Assembly (NCBI GenBank): GCA_963667035.1
Contig: OY762964.1
Location: forward strand, 1,216,001-1,280,000
DNA from: Candidatus Cloacimonadales bacterium
GTDB taxonomy: Bacteria; Cloacimonadota; Cloacimonadia; Cloacimonadales; JAFGVF01
Reading direction: 5' to 3'
Length of the DNA stretch: 64,000 bases
Shown: positions 44,116 through 54,477 of the stretch, piece by piece
How positions within the stretch are numbered: the first letter of the stretch is position 1
Layout: every line of letters begins with the position of its first letter
Program-made: the position numbers and the translations under genes
Notes under the pieces: model-generated
Seen by the model: only the letters and a program-made list of their open reading frames with translations
Told to the model about the DNA's origin: nothing
Database searches by the model: none

Positions 44116-45771
44116 ATGAAAATTCTTTTTCTTGGTATAAATGCTCGTTACACTCACAGTAATCTTGCCTTATATTATCTTCGTAGCATGATTCTCGAGA
44201 CAGAGCATGAATGGATTATTCAAGAGACATCAATTAATACAGGAATACTTGATACACTAACCACGGTTATACAATCAGATTGTGATGTAGTATGCTTATC
44301 TGCTTATATTTGGAACTCAGAGTATATAACAAAGCTTATACCTCTAATAAAAACTGTAAAATCAGAGTGTATCATAGTAATAGGTGGACCGGAAGTTACT
44401 TACCCTAACTTGGAAATGAATAGAGTAATTAATGAAGTGGATTTTTGCATTGTTGGTCAAGGAGAATCTGCTTTTCTGAGCTTAGCTAGAAATAATTTTA
44501 CTTACGATAAAAATGTAATCATAGGAGACAGAATCAGCATTAAGAATCTTCCTTTCCCTTATCTAGAGTGCGACAAGGAAAATCTTAACGGTAAATATGT
44601 CTATTATGAGGCAAGTAGAGGATGCCCTTATAGATGTAGTTTTTGTTTGTCATCACGAGATGATATAGAGTTTGAATATAAAGACCTAGAAGTAGTTAAA
44701 ACAGAGTTGAGATTATTAATAAGTTTTAATCCAAGAGTTGTAAAGCTAGTGGATAGATCTTTCAATGCCAATAGAGAGTTTGCCAGAGAAATCTGGAAGT
44801 ATTTAGCCGAGTTAAATTCGGGAGTGACATTCCATTTTGAGATAAAACCTGATTTAATAACAGATACAGACCTAAAGTTACTATCCTCTCTTCCCAAAGA
44901 CCTTGTTCAATTTGAAGTTGGATTGCAATCAACAAATCCAGCTACCTTGAATGCAATATCGAGAAAAAGTAAGTTTGATACGATTAGAGCAATATTGAAT
45001 AATGTTAATGAGTTAGAGAATATTCATGTGCATCTAGATTTGATAGCCGGTCTTCCTTATGAAGATATTGATAGTTTCGCAAATTCGTTCAATCAAGCAA
45101 TCAGTACTAATCCCCAGAAGTTACAGTTAGGATTTCTTAAAGTACTTCCCGGTACTGAGATGGCTGAACTGGTTGAAGAATTTGGTATGCACTTTATGAG
45201 AACTCCTCCATATCAAGTACTTAGCAATAAATGGATAAGTTATAATGAATTAGCAACTCTTGATACAATTACTCATTTCTTTGATGTTTATTACAACAGT
45301 GAAAGACTACGAGAGACAATGGCATATATTACTAGTAATGTAGATAACCCATTTTCATTTTTTGTCTCCTTAACTAAATATTGTCTAAAGCATAATTTTG
45401 AACCTAAAAAGGATTATAATAAAGCTTTCTCTTTGCTTTATAAATTCATTGAAGAATATTATCCAGATTTAATATGCTACTGCAGAGATGCAATGTTGTA
45501 TGATTGGTGTATCAATATACATAATCCTAATATCCCTCACGAACTTGTAAATACTGAAATGCCTATATTAAAGAATAAAGTTTATAGTATTTTGAGGAAT
45601 ACTGACGAAGAATTACCAAATGCGTTGACCTTATCAAAACCATTTATAAAGAAAGCGTTATTCGCAGTTTTCGAGAATAAAAAATTCATTAAGAGTAAGC
45701 TTTGCAATCACAATCTAATGATTGTATATAAAACAGATGAAGTAAAACATATAGCTTTTAGTTTAGAATAA
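44116..45771 (+). CDS. B12-binding-domain radical SAM protein
   Basis: INARYTHSNLAL.YL, SAYIWN, GGPEV, YEASRGCPYRCSFC, DLIAGLP, LQLGFLK. Confidence 0.9.
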   Translation: MKILFLGINARYTHSNLALYYLRSMILETEHEWIIQETSINTGILDTLTTVIQSDCDVVCLSAYIWNSEYITKLIPLIKTVKSECIIVIGGPEVTYPNLEMNRVINEVDFCIVGQGESAFLSLARNNFTYDKNVIIGDRISIKNLPFPYLECDKENLNGKYVYYEASRGCPYRCSFCLSSRDDIEFEYKDLEVVKTELRLLISFNPRVVKLVDRSFNANREFAREIWKYLAELNSGVTFHFEIKPDLITDTDLKLLSSLPKDLVQFEVGLQSTNPATLNAISRKSKFDTIRAILNNVNELENIHVHLDLIAGLPYEDIDSFANSFNQAISTNPQKLQLGFLKVLPGTEMAELVEEFGMHFMRTPPYQVLSNKWISYNELATLDTITHFFDVYYNSERLRETMAYITSNVDNPFSFFVSLTKYCLKHNFEPKKDYNKAFSLLYKFIEEYYPDLICYCRDAMLYDWCINIHNPNIPHELVNTEMPILKNKVYSILRNTDEELPNALTLSKPFIKKALFAVFENKKFIKSKLCNHNLMIVYKTDEVKHIAFSLE

Positions 45772-45775
45772 GCAT

Positions 45776-46334
45776 AATCATGACCACCAGCTCAGCTGGT
45801 GGTTTGGACTCGCCCTATAAGGGCGGACACTGACCAGTATCTCGCCCTCTGAGAAAATGTCAGCTGCACAACTATTTCCGGCTACCCCTAAAGGGGTTAT
45901 TTTAATGCCTTAGTTTTCTTGCTTACCCGTAAACGGGTCAATAAACTCTTTGATTGTCATCTGATCAGAGAGTACATCTTCTTGGAGTTTTGACCTGACA
46001 TAATTTGCTATTCGCTGTTCATTTTTGCCAACATGTGAATGTGATCGGGGCAAGCCTATGCTTCAATGATTTCAATCTGTTTCCGTTCACATAATACTCG
46101 CAGTATCTCACCAATATCTTTTTTTAGTTTGCGATAAATTACCTGTCGTCGATACTTGGGTGCAAAGACTATGTGGTATTTACAATTCCATGTAGTATGT
46201 GATAATGTACTATTATCCATTATTCCTCCTTTGGTTATTTTGCAGCTGACACTACAAAGTTACGATGGAGGAATTTTTGTGTATAGCTAAAGCTTTTTGG
46301 AACCACCTGCAGAGCAGGTGGATTACGTTACACA
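45776..46334 (-). mobile_element. Internally deleted IS200/IS605-family element (copy B)
   Basis: Both terminal hairpins present (CCACCTGC..GCAGGTGG; ACCACCAGCTCAGCTGGTGGT); homologous to copy A. Confidence 0.88.
45910..46220 (-). pseudogene. tnpA: IS200 TnpA pseudogene
   Basis: MDNSTLSH...IIEA*(GAG>TAG)ACPDHIHML, then jumps to KNEQRIANYV...DQMTIKEFIDPFTG; central part deleted. Confidence 0.88.
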
Positions 46335-46340
46335 ACAAAA

Positions 46341-46366
46341 AAGCGGAAGTTGAATAACTTCCGCTT
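46341..46366. repeat. Target duplication of IS1182 copy 2 (degP terminator hairpin)
   Basis: AAGCGGAAGTTGAATAACTTCCGCTT identical to 48030-48055. Confidence 0.92.
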
Positions 46367-48029
46367 CAGATTGTTGACAAAAACATTCTAATTTACATGG
46401 ATATATTGTTGAAAGTCATTTTTCTTCATTTTAACTGAGTCCAAACCTAAACATGCGAGATTTAGCTCTATTTTCGTGTAAATTGGAGTTGAAAATCATG
46501 TAATTGATGATAAATTTTGCTATTAATTTCCCTAATTTACCTTTGAAAAGGTATTTTACGAGTTTCTTGATATTTTGCACGATAGCTGTTAGATAAGCTT
46601 GTTCTCGAACTCGCTCTATTCCTCGATATTTTGCATATCGGTAGCCATGAAGTTGCTTTGCATTGGCAAAGCTTCTCTCAATGGTTTCTTTTCTCCTCTT
46701 GTATATCTCTTTCCCACATAATGTTAACCTATTCTTGTGGATTATCTCTTTGCTCTCTTCCCAGACATGACGAGTGATTACTTTTTGAGAAGACTTACTT
46801 TCTGTACATTTACTTAGCATTGGACAATTCTTGCATTCACTAGGATTCGACTTGTATTCTTTATAGCCATCACGGCTCGTTGTTCTATAATTTAACTCTT
46901 TATTACATGGACAAATGTAAACATCCTTCCGGGAATTATATGTAAATTTGTTCTTTTTAAATAGACCTTTCTTACCTCCCTGTCTTTTGTAGCCAAGGAC
47001 TCCCATAATATTCATATCTACCAGTTGCTTACAAATGTTAATTGTATCATATCCTGAATCAAGCCCTACTGCCTGAACATTAAAACCATAAACCTTTTGT
47101 TGGAACTGTAACCTGTCAATATAGCAGGTGCTATCATTTACATTGCCGGGAGTAATGTGAACATCGGTTATATAGTTCGTTTTATGGTCGACTGTCCTAT
47201 GATCTAAGTAGAAGAAGCCTTGAGGCTTTCTATCACGGGTCATAAAACCACTATCGGGATCTGTTGTGCTAGACTTGATATTTTTTACTTTAGGTGATGC
47301 TCCTCCTTTAAGATTGTTATCCTTAGGAGGTAAAGGTTTCTTACCATGAGCCTTCCGATCTTCATCAACGCTTGTGTTAAGATCTTCCAAGTAACTCTTG
47401 GAGGATACCTCAACTTCAATATCCTCGAATTTACCTTTATTAGCATTTGCCTTTAGATGGGTTGAGTCGCTATAAAGTATCTTTCCATCAACTAATCCAT
47501 GTTTAATGCCTAACTTCACTATATCTATAAAAATCTCTTCGAATACGCTGCTATCATTAAATCGCCTTCTACGATTTTGACTGAAGACTGAGTGATGAGG
47601 TACTTTATCAGTTAATCCAAAGCCTAAGAACCAACGATAAGCCACATTGACCTCAATCTCTTTGACCAATTGTCTTTCCGAGCGAATACCGAATAGATAG
47701 CCAATAAAAAGCATTTTGAAAAGAGTAATAGGATGAATTGGAGGACGACCGGTAGTAGAACAATACAAATGCGCTGTTCTATCTAAAATGAATGAAAAAT
47801 CTATTACGCTATCGATTTTCCTTAGTATGTGATCTACCGGTACTAAATCATCTATTATTACAAACTCCATTTGGGACTGTGTGTCAGAAACTTTTTTAAG
47901 CATAACCACCTCTAATTATGATGGTTTAAGTATAATATTTGGAGAAATCTGTCAATGATTGATGTTCTTATTTTAAGCTAAAAAAAGACAAAGCTATGAA
48001 ATCTTACTCATAGCTTTGTCAACAGTCTG
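46367..48029 (-). mobile_element. IS1182-family element, copy 2 (1663 bp, intact)
   Basis: Same terminal IRs as copy 1; full-length transposase. Confidence 0.93.
46431..47909 (-). CDS. IS1182-family DDE transposase
   Basis: GRPPIHP..LFKML..GY..GIRSER.L, DSTHLKANA, STTDPD, DSGY, CxxC, YKRRKETIERSFA..K. Confidence 0.93.
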   Translation of the reverse strand: MVMLKKVSDTQSQMEFVIIDDLVPVDHILRKIDSVIDFSFILDRTAHLYCSTTGRPPIHPITLFKMLFIGYLFGIRSERQLVKEIEVNVAYRWFLGFGLTDKVPHHSVFSQNRRRRFNDSSVFEEIFIDIVKLGIKHGLVDGKILYSDSTHLKANANKGKFEDIEVEVSSKSYLEDLNTSVDEDRKAHGKKPLPPKDNNLKGGASPKVKNIKSSTTDPDSGFMTRDRKPQGFFYLDHRTVDHKTNYITDVHITPGNVNDSTCYIDRLQFQQKVYGFNVQAVGLDSGYDTINICKQLVDMNIMGVLGYKRQGGKKGLFKKNKFTYNSRKDVYICPCNKELNYRTTSRDGYKEYKSNPSECKNCPMLSKCTESKSSQKVITRHVWEESKEIIHKNRLTLCGKEIYKRRKETIERSFANAKQLHGYRYAKYRGIERVREQAYLTAIVQNIKKLVKYLFKGKLGKLIAKFIINYMIFNSNLHENRAKSRMFRFGLS

Positions 48030-48055
48030 AAGCGGAAGTTGAATAACTTCCGCTT
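48030..48055. repeat. Second copy of IS1182 copy 2 target duplication
   Basis: AAGCGGAAGTTGAATAACTTCCGCTT, 22 bp past the degP stop codon. Confidence 0.92.
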
Positions 48056-48077
48056 GCACTGGAGTGGTAACATTCAT

Positions 48078-49532
48078 TTAGTCTAGTTCAACGGCAACAA
48101 AGCGTTTGTTTCCTTGCTTACCTGCTACATATAACAAAACGACTCTGTTATCGCTGTCTTTGTTACTCTTAAGAATGCTTTTCATTTTATTATCGTACTC
48201 TTTTACCGAGCTTACTTTCTCTTCATTCACTTCTAAGATTACAAGACCAACCTTAAGTCCTGCTTTATCAGCAGGAGAACCATCTTTAATAGATTTGATG
48301 ATAACGCCTTCCATCTTATCTAATTTAAGCTTTTCTCCAATTTCACTATCGGTATCAACAACTTCGATACCTACTTCTTCAGTTTTAGCTTCTGTTTTAG
48401 ATATAAGTCCGTTTTCATCATCCTCCGGATATTTAGTCAGAGTTGCCTTAAGATATTTAATCTTATTTTTACGAGTTATCTTTAATGTAACAGGTACACC
48501 TATTGGACGATGTGCTATTGCAATTCTGAATAAAGCTACATTTGGTACTTTCATATCATCAATTTCAAGAATTACATCACCTTTTTGAAGCCCTGCTTTA
48601 TCTGCAGGAGTATCTTCAACTACTTGCGAGACAAGAACACCTGCAATCTCTTTTAACTCAAAAGTATCTTTTAATGTATCATCAATTTCCTGAGGGGCAA
48701 TACCTAAATAAGCTCTTTGTACTGAGCCGTCATTAATAATGTCAGTCACAACTTTCTGAGCAATACCGGAAGGGATTGCAAAACCGATGCCGATGTTTCC
48801 ACCATTAGGGCTTGTAATAGCTGCATTTACACCCACAACTTTACCAGAGATACCAATAAGAGGTCCACCACTGTTACCAGGGTTTATAGAAGCATCAGTC
48901 TGAATATAGTCCTGATATACCGGAGATCCTTGACCGAAATTTAAACCTGAACGACCTTTAGCTGAAACAACACCGACAGTTACCGTTCTGTCCAATCCTA
49001 CGTCACCGAAAGGATTTCCAATAGCAATAACCCAATCTCCAATATTAAGAGCAGTTGAGCTACCCCAATCTAATGATGTAATCTTTTCATCCTTATCGAC
49101 AGTAATCTTGATAACAGCTAAGTCTGTTTTGTCATCAAGTCCAATTATCTCTGCTTCATATTTACGTTTATCTGCAAGAGTAACTGTAATAGTTCCTTTA
49201 TCACCTTTTTCAACAACATGATTATTGGTTACTATCCATGCTTCTCTACTTCTTTCATCATACTTAATAATAAATCCACTACCCATGGATTTGAATGGCC
49301 TTGACTGAGGCATTCTTTGGTAAGGAAAGTAAAATGGGAATACTTCAGCAGAAAGATCTCTTGAGTTCTCAAGTTCTCCTTCAACTTTAATCTGAACAAC
49401 TGCATTTCCGCTATTCTTAACTACATTTACAAACGGACTCTGTCCATTCTCATTAACAGGATACTGAGCCCATATTCCTTGCACTAACATTACCAACGCT
49501 ATCAGGATTGTAACATTTCTTACGCTTTTCAT
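48078..49532 (-). CDS. degP: HtrA/DegP-family serine protease with two PDZ domains
   Basis: Signal peptide, GSGFII, TNNHVV, DLAVIK, QTDASINPGNSGGPL, two P.A.KAGL..G PDZ motifs. Confidence 0.93.
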   Translation of the reverse strand: MKSVRNVTILIALVMLVQGIWAQYPVNENGQSPFVNVVKNSGNAVVQIKVEGELENSRDLSAEVFPFYFPYQRMPQSRPFKSMGSGFIIKYDERSREAWIVTNNHVVEKGDKGTITVTLADKRKYEAEIIGLDDKTDLAVIKITVDKDEKITSLDWGSSTALNIGDWVIAIGNPFGDVGLDRTVTVGVVSAKGRSGLNFGQGSPVYQDYIQTDASINPGNSGGPLIGISGKVVGVNAAITSPNGGNIGIGFAIPSGIAQKVVTDIINDGSVQRAYLGIAPQEIDDTLKDTFELKEIAGVLVSQVVEDTPADKAGLQKGDVILEIDDMKVPNVALFRIAIAHRPIGVPVTLKITRKNKIKYLKATLTKYPEDDENGLISKTEAKTEEVGIEVVDTDSEIGEKLKLDKMEGVIIKSIKDGSPADKAGLKVGLVILEVNEEKVSSVKEYDNKMKSILKSNKDSDNRVVLLYVAGKQGNKRFVAVELD

Positions 49533-49805
49533 AAGTTCTCCTCATAACTTTTATTTTCACAAACATAAAACAGAGTAAGCTCTAATGGTTACAAAAACTA
49601 TAGAAAAAAAATGTGAATAAAAGTTACAGTTATATAAAATTGATAATGTTTCCTAAAAGCTCTAAATAATAAATATAGCTTGCCTAAGAAGTATCATTAT
49701 TCAGAACTGACAGTAGACCATATAATTATGATATATACCTTTTTACGGAATCAAAATTGCATAATGATAAATATGAAAACAAAATAAAAACAGGATGGAG
49801 ATGTT

Positions 49806-52800
49806 ATGAAGAAGATTAATTCTGTTGTTATTCTTACATTATTGCTGAATCTACTAAGTGCAGCAACAATAAGAATGAGTTATAGTTTCAATGAACCTGA
49901 AATTGGAACTAATGGTAGTTATGATACTGTTAAACTGGAAGGAGGAATGAATATTGGCACTCCCGGAGAGCCATCACTTCCTTGGGTTGGTTCAAAACTA
50001 TATTTGGGTTCAGGAGTTGAGACTAATGAAATTAAAGTAGTAAAAAGATTACCTGTTAAACTGGAAGGGAATTATAACATAGAACCAATACAAGAGTTTT
50101 ATCCTCTTAGTCATGGTATAAATCCTGTTTTTACTGAACAGAATAATGATATATATAATGATAGTCGTCTATTCCCTTATGATGATTACAGAAATCTATC
50201 GACTCAATTCTTTGCAGGTCATTCCATTGGTTATGCCTCCTTCTCTCCTTTTGAGTATAATCCTGTTTCAGGAGAGCTTACTTATTATAGAAGCGTTACA
50301 GTAACAATGGAGACAACTTCATCAATTAGTGCTAGTAATTCATTAGCACTTTACAAAGATGATATTATTACATTAAGAAGACTCAAAAACTTGGTTGATA
50401 ATCCTTCAGATATACCTAATCCTCAGCTTGTAGCAGTTCCTAATGGATATGAGTATCTCATGATTATTGATGAGAATAAAGTAAATCAATGGCAACCTCT
50501 TATAAGTTTTTATGAGTCTAAAGCTGCTAGAATTGAATATATTACAGTTCAGGATGTTAACAGCAATACAGCCGGATCAGACCTCCAAGAAAAGATTAGA
50601 AATGCTATAATTAATGAATACACAACAAATAATATCTCTTATGTTTTACTTTGTGGTGACACAGATGTGATTCCTCATAGAGGTTTCTATGTTGATATGC
50701 AGGATGATAGTTACACAGATGCTGATATACCTGCTGATATATATTATGGTGCTTTGGATGGTAACTGGAATACTGACGGAGATAATTATTTTGGTGAAAA
50801 TCAAGAAGTTGACCTTGTTCAGGAAGTAGCTGTTGGACGTATCTGTTATAATAATGACATAGAGATTCAGAATGCAATTAACAAGATTCTGATGCATCAA
50901 ACAATCCCTGTAGAAGATGAAGTTGAAACTAATCTTATGGTTGGTGAATATTTATGGGATGCACCAACTTACGGTGGTGACTACATGGATGAAATGATTG
51001 GTGGATCTTCTATGACAGGATACACTACTATCGGTATTCCTACATCATGGGCAATTGATACAATCTACGACAGAGACCTTGGAGGAGACGGAAGCTGGGG
51101 CTCTAATACTATTATCAATGCCATTAATAACGGTTACAATTATATTAACCATTTAGGTCATTCTTCCACTACTTATACAATGAGACTAAGTAATAACCAT
51201 ATTAACGAATCAAACATAACTAATGATGGGACCAATCATAACTTTAGTACATTGTTTACCCAAGGTTGTTATGGTGGTGCTTTCGATAACAGAGAAACAA
51301 GTTCTGGCTATTATACGGATGATTGTATAACCGAAAGGTTTCAAGCTATAAGTACCGGTGTTGTTGCAATGCTATCTAACTCAAGATATGGATGGGGAAG
51401 CAATGGAAGCACTAATGGACCTTCTCAATATTATCATAGAGAGTTTATTGATGCTCTTTTCGGAGAAGGAATCAATGAGGTCGGCTGGGCTATAGCTGAT
51501 GCAAAAGCTGATGTTATACCATTTATTAATTCTGCAACTATGTATTGGTGTTTCTATGAAGTGAATCTTTTTGGTGACCCGGGAATGAGAGAATGGACAT
51601 CAACTCCTCAAACATTAAACATTCAACAAGTAGGAGACATTACCGGTGGTTCATTTATTGCTAACTTTGACATAGAAGTACCTAATTCCTCTGTTAGAAT
51701 ATTGGACGAAGGCGAGTTAATATACTTCGGGAACTCTGATGATTTTGGAATGGTACACGCTATAACCGATCAGCCTTTCTTACCGGGACAGTATCAGCTT
51801 ATAGTTGAAGCTGATAATTATTATGTTTCACATTACAATTTTAATGTGATTCCTTCTAATGAAGCTTATGTTACATGTACATCAATTGATTTTCATGATG
51901 AAGATGGTATCTTTACTTATGGTGATGTAATATCTATAAATATAGTAGTTGAGAATATTGGTACACAAACAACAAATTCAGATGGAGTAGTAACACTAAC
52001 CTCTCCTTCCAACCTTATAGAGATTGCTAATAATACTCTTGTAATTGATAATCTGACAGATGCACAATCTGTCACTATTGAGAATGCTTTCCAAGTAACT
52101 GTTGTTGGTTCATTCTCTGATTTAACAGACGTAGAACTTAACTTTACTACAAGTTTTAACAATAATATTGCTAACCATTCCAGTCATTTAACTCTTAATG
52201 CAGCTCATTTAAGATTAAGTAACTTAAACTTAGTAAGTGAAAACTATTTCATAGCACCAGGAGACGATGTAGAAGCATTCTTCACTTTTGAAAACAGTGG
52301 TTCTGCTCCGGCTAATAATGTTATGATTTTCTTAATGAATTCATCTCCTTATCTATCTTTCAGTACTACTGACTTAATTATAGATAACATTCCTATTGAC
52401 GGTACAAATTCGAACACTGTCCCCATTAACATTCATGTTGATGAAAGTTGTCCGATAGACACACAAATTGATGTTAACTACTTTGCAGGAGCTAATGGAG
52501 CAAATTCAATTGAAGATGTTATCAGTATCTATGTTAACTCCGGAATTTTCACTTTTGAACCAAGTGAACAAAACTTTATGAGCTACATAGTTACTCCTGA
52601 ATTTACTAATCAATGGCACCGTTCATCGGAAAGAAATTATACAAACAATGGTAGCTATAGTATGAAATACGGAGCAGATGGAGCAGGAGAATATGCTAAT
52701 AGTTCGCATGCTGCATTAGAGACTATGGAGATCGAGATTTTACCGGAGAGCCAGCTCAAGTTCTGGCACTGGATGCAAGCGGAAGATGATGCTAACTTAA

Positions 52801-53381
52801 TGGCATGGGATGGTGGTTTAGTCCAAATGTCAGTAGAAGGTGGAGCATGGCAAACTATTAATCCGGTCGGCAATTATCCATATATGATTACTGACAATCC
52901 GGCTTCTCCTTTCGATGCATATCAGGAATGCTTCTCAGGAACATTTGATTGGCAGGAAGCTGTCTTTAATCTTGGTAATACTGAGGGATTGGTTAAATTC
53001 AGATTTGTTTTTGGCAGTGATGGATATGTCGGTGGTGAGGGTTGGTACCTTGATGATATCACTATCTTTAACAGGACTCTTGGAAATGAAGAAGATGTGC
53101 AATTCTCTACATCAGTAAACAAACTATATGGTAACTATCCAAGTCCTTTTAATCCTACAACAACTATCTCTTTTTCTCTGAACGAAAGTGTTAAAGATGC
53201 TCAAATCGAGGTCTTCAATATTCGTGGACAAAAAAAACAAACTATTCCATTAAACCAAAACGCAATTAAAGCAAGAAGAGTAGTTTGGGAACCTAAAGAA
53301 CTTAGCTCAGGTGTCTACTTCTATCGTTTACAAGCAGATGGCAAAACCATCTCAACCAGAAAGACTATATTAATGAAATAA
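49806..53381 (+). CDS. Secreted C25 (gingipain-like) cysteine peptidase with Ig-like and jelly-roll domains and FlgD-Ig/T9SS-type CTD
   Basis: YVLLCGD, VGRI, NHLGH, TQGC, SRYGW, LFGDP; WDGG..., FRFVFGSDG....GWYLDDI; GNYPSPFNPTT...RKTILMK. Confidence 0.9.
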   Translation: MKKINSVVILTLLLNLLSAATIRMSYSFNEPEIGTNGSYDTVKLEGGMNIGTPGEPSLPWVGSKLYLGSGVETNEIKVVKRLPVKLEGNYNIEPIQEFYPLSHGINPVFTEQNNDIYNDSRLFPYDDYRNLSTQFFAGHSIGYASFSPFEYNPVSGELTYYRSVTVTMETTSSISASNSLALYKDDIITLRRLKNLVDNPSDIPNPQLVAVPNGYEYLMIIDENKVNQWQPLISFYESKAARIEYITVQDVNSNTAGSDLQEKIRNAIINEYTTNNISYVLLCGDTDVIPHRGFYVDMQDDSYTDADIPADIYYGALDGNWNTDGDNYFGENQEVDLVQEVAVGRICYNNDIEIQNAINKILMHQTIPVEDEVETNLMVGEYLWDAPTYGGDYMDEMIGGSSMTGYTTIGIPTSWAIDTIYDRDLGGDGSWGSNTIINAINNGYNYINHLGHSSTTYTMRLSNNHINESNITNDGTNHNFSTLFTQGCYGGAFDNRETSSGYYTDDCITERFQAISTGVVAMLSNSRYGWGSNGSTNGPSQYYHREFIDALFGEGINEVGWAIADAKADVIPFINSATMYWCFYEVNLFGDPGMREWTSTPQTLNIQQVGDITGGSFIANFDIEVPNSSVRILDEGELIYFGNSDDFGMVHAITDQPFLPGQYQLIVEADNYYVSHYNFNVIPSNEAYVTCTSIDFHDEDGIFTYGDVISINIVVENIGTQTTNSDGVVTLTSPSNLIEIANNTLVIDNLTDAQSVTIENAFQVTVVGSFSDLTDVELNFTTSFNNNIANHSSHLTLNAAHLRLSNLNLVSENYFIAPGDDVEAFFTFENSGSAPANNVMIFLMNSSPYLSFSTTDLIIDNIPIDGTNSNTVPINIHVDESCPIDTQIDVNYFAGANGANSIEDVISIYVNSGIFTFEPSEQNFMSYIVTPEFTNQWHRSSERNYTNNGSYSMKYGADGAGEYANSSHAALETMEIEILPESQLKFWHWMQAEDDANLMAWDGGLVQMSVEGGAWQTINPVGNYPYMITDNPASPFDAYQECFSGTFDWQEAVFNLGNTEGLVKFRFVFGSDGYVGGEGWYLDDITIFNRTLGNEEDVQFSTSVNKLYGNYPSPFNPTTTISFSLNESVKDAQIEVFNIRGQKKQTIPLNQNAIKARRVVWEPKELSSGVYFYRLQADGKTISTRKTILMK

Positions 53382-53398
53382 CTTATTTGCTTATATCC

Positions 53399-53431
53399 AA
53401 AAAGGCTGCTGACATTGTTAGCAGCCTTTTT
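53399..53431. terminator. Bidirectional-type intrinsic terminator
   Basis: AAAAAGGCTGCTGACA-t-TGTTAGCAGCCTTTTT. Confidence 0.85.
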
Positions 53432-53484
53432 AATTGACAATAGTATTATCAATTCTTTCTTCAATCAGAGGTGTTTATAATATA

Positions 53485-54477
53485 ATGAATAAAAGATTCC
53501 ATATACTTTTAATTATTTCTTTACTAATAATTGCATGTGCTCCTAAAGTTGTTTCGGGAGATTTGTTTTTATTCTCAGAGATTGTCAATTTTGTAGATAG
53601 CTTTAAAATAGTTGGTTATAATTTATCTGAAAATCCTCCTGAAACTTATCTCATTAAAACTGATAATCAAGGAAAAGTTATTGATAAAAGACTGATAGGT
53701 AAATCACTATTTCTAAAAGACTCACATGCACTTGAGTTAAATACGGCATTGTTGTTTAACTCTTCTGATGGATATTCGGTTGTTGAACTTGTTAACAGTG
53801 ACGGGATAAAAGTGCAATCCAAGAGACTTGATTTCACGGCAGAAAAGCTTCTCCTCCATCCAAACGGAGGCTATGTTATACCGGGACATAAAAATGATGG
53901 GAAACCGATAGTAGTTACACTTGATGCTTTTTTTTATCCTTCAAAGATTATTGACTTGAATGGCGATTATCTAATGGATGCAGTTATGGTAAATAACCAA
54001 TTAGCTTATATAACAATGAACAAAAATACTAGAAAGTGTAGTATCTATAAAGGAAGCTCTGAATCCATTTACGAGTTTACTAATAATAGTGGCTACAATT
54101 GTGCTTTAACCACTATTGGAAACTTGATACAATTACATACTCAACAAAGTAAAAAAGAGATAAATATTACTAAATTCAATGTTCTTGATCGAATGATTAA
54201 TAATCAATCATATATAATAAAGAAATGTGATTTTTTTCAAGTATTCGTCTCTTCAGAATCTAAAATCTATTATTTAACTCAGTACTCTGATAAAAAAGGG
54301 AATTCTACTACAAATTTCTACACACTTTATGGAGATGATTTCTCGGAAGTCAAGTTCAAACAAGCCAAAAATGATATATACTCTTACCCTTTTGAAGTTA
54401 ACGGTACTGTATTCTCTACAGGTTATCATGTTGATATTAATGGAGCAAACCACAATGAAATTGTTGTCTTACCTTAG
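53485..54477 (+). CDS. Hypothetical lipoprotein (beta-rich), paralogue 1
   Basis: MNKRF...IIAC lipobox; aligns with next ORF. Confidence 0.75.
   Translation: MNKRFHILLIISLLIIACAPKVVSGDLFLFSEIVNFVDSFKIVGYNLSENPPETYLIKTDNQGKVIDKRLIGKSLFLKDSHALELNTALLFNSSDGYSVVELVNSDGIKVQSKRLDFTAEKLLLHPNGGYVIPGHKNDGKPIVVTLDAFFYPSKIIDLNGDYLMDAVMVNNQLAYITMNKNTRKCSIYKGSSESIYEFTNNSGYNCALTTIGNLIQLHTQQSKKEINITKFNVLDRMINNQSYIIKKCDFFQVFVSSESKIYYLTQYSDKKGNSTTNFYTLYGDDFSEVKFKQAKNDIYSYPFEVNGTVFSTGYHVDINGANHNEIVVLP

Noticed and set aside
45776..46334. TnpB/IscB (OMEGA) system in the IS200/IS605 elements
   Set aside because: No tnpB or iscB ORF or remnant; only ~130 bp lie between the tnpA stop and the right end.
48106..48588. 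Antisense and alternative-frame ORFs inside long genes (e.g. 3018-3467, 5446-5856, 11111-11479, 28782-29126, 48106-48588)
   Set aside because: Shadow ORFs of well-supported genes with no motifs or RBS.
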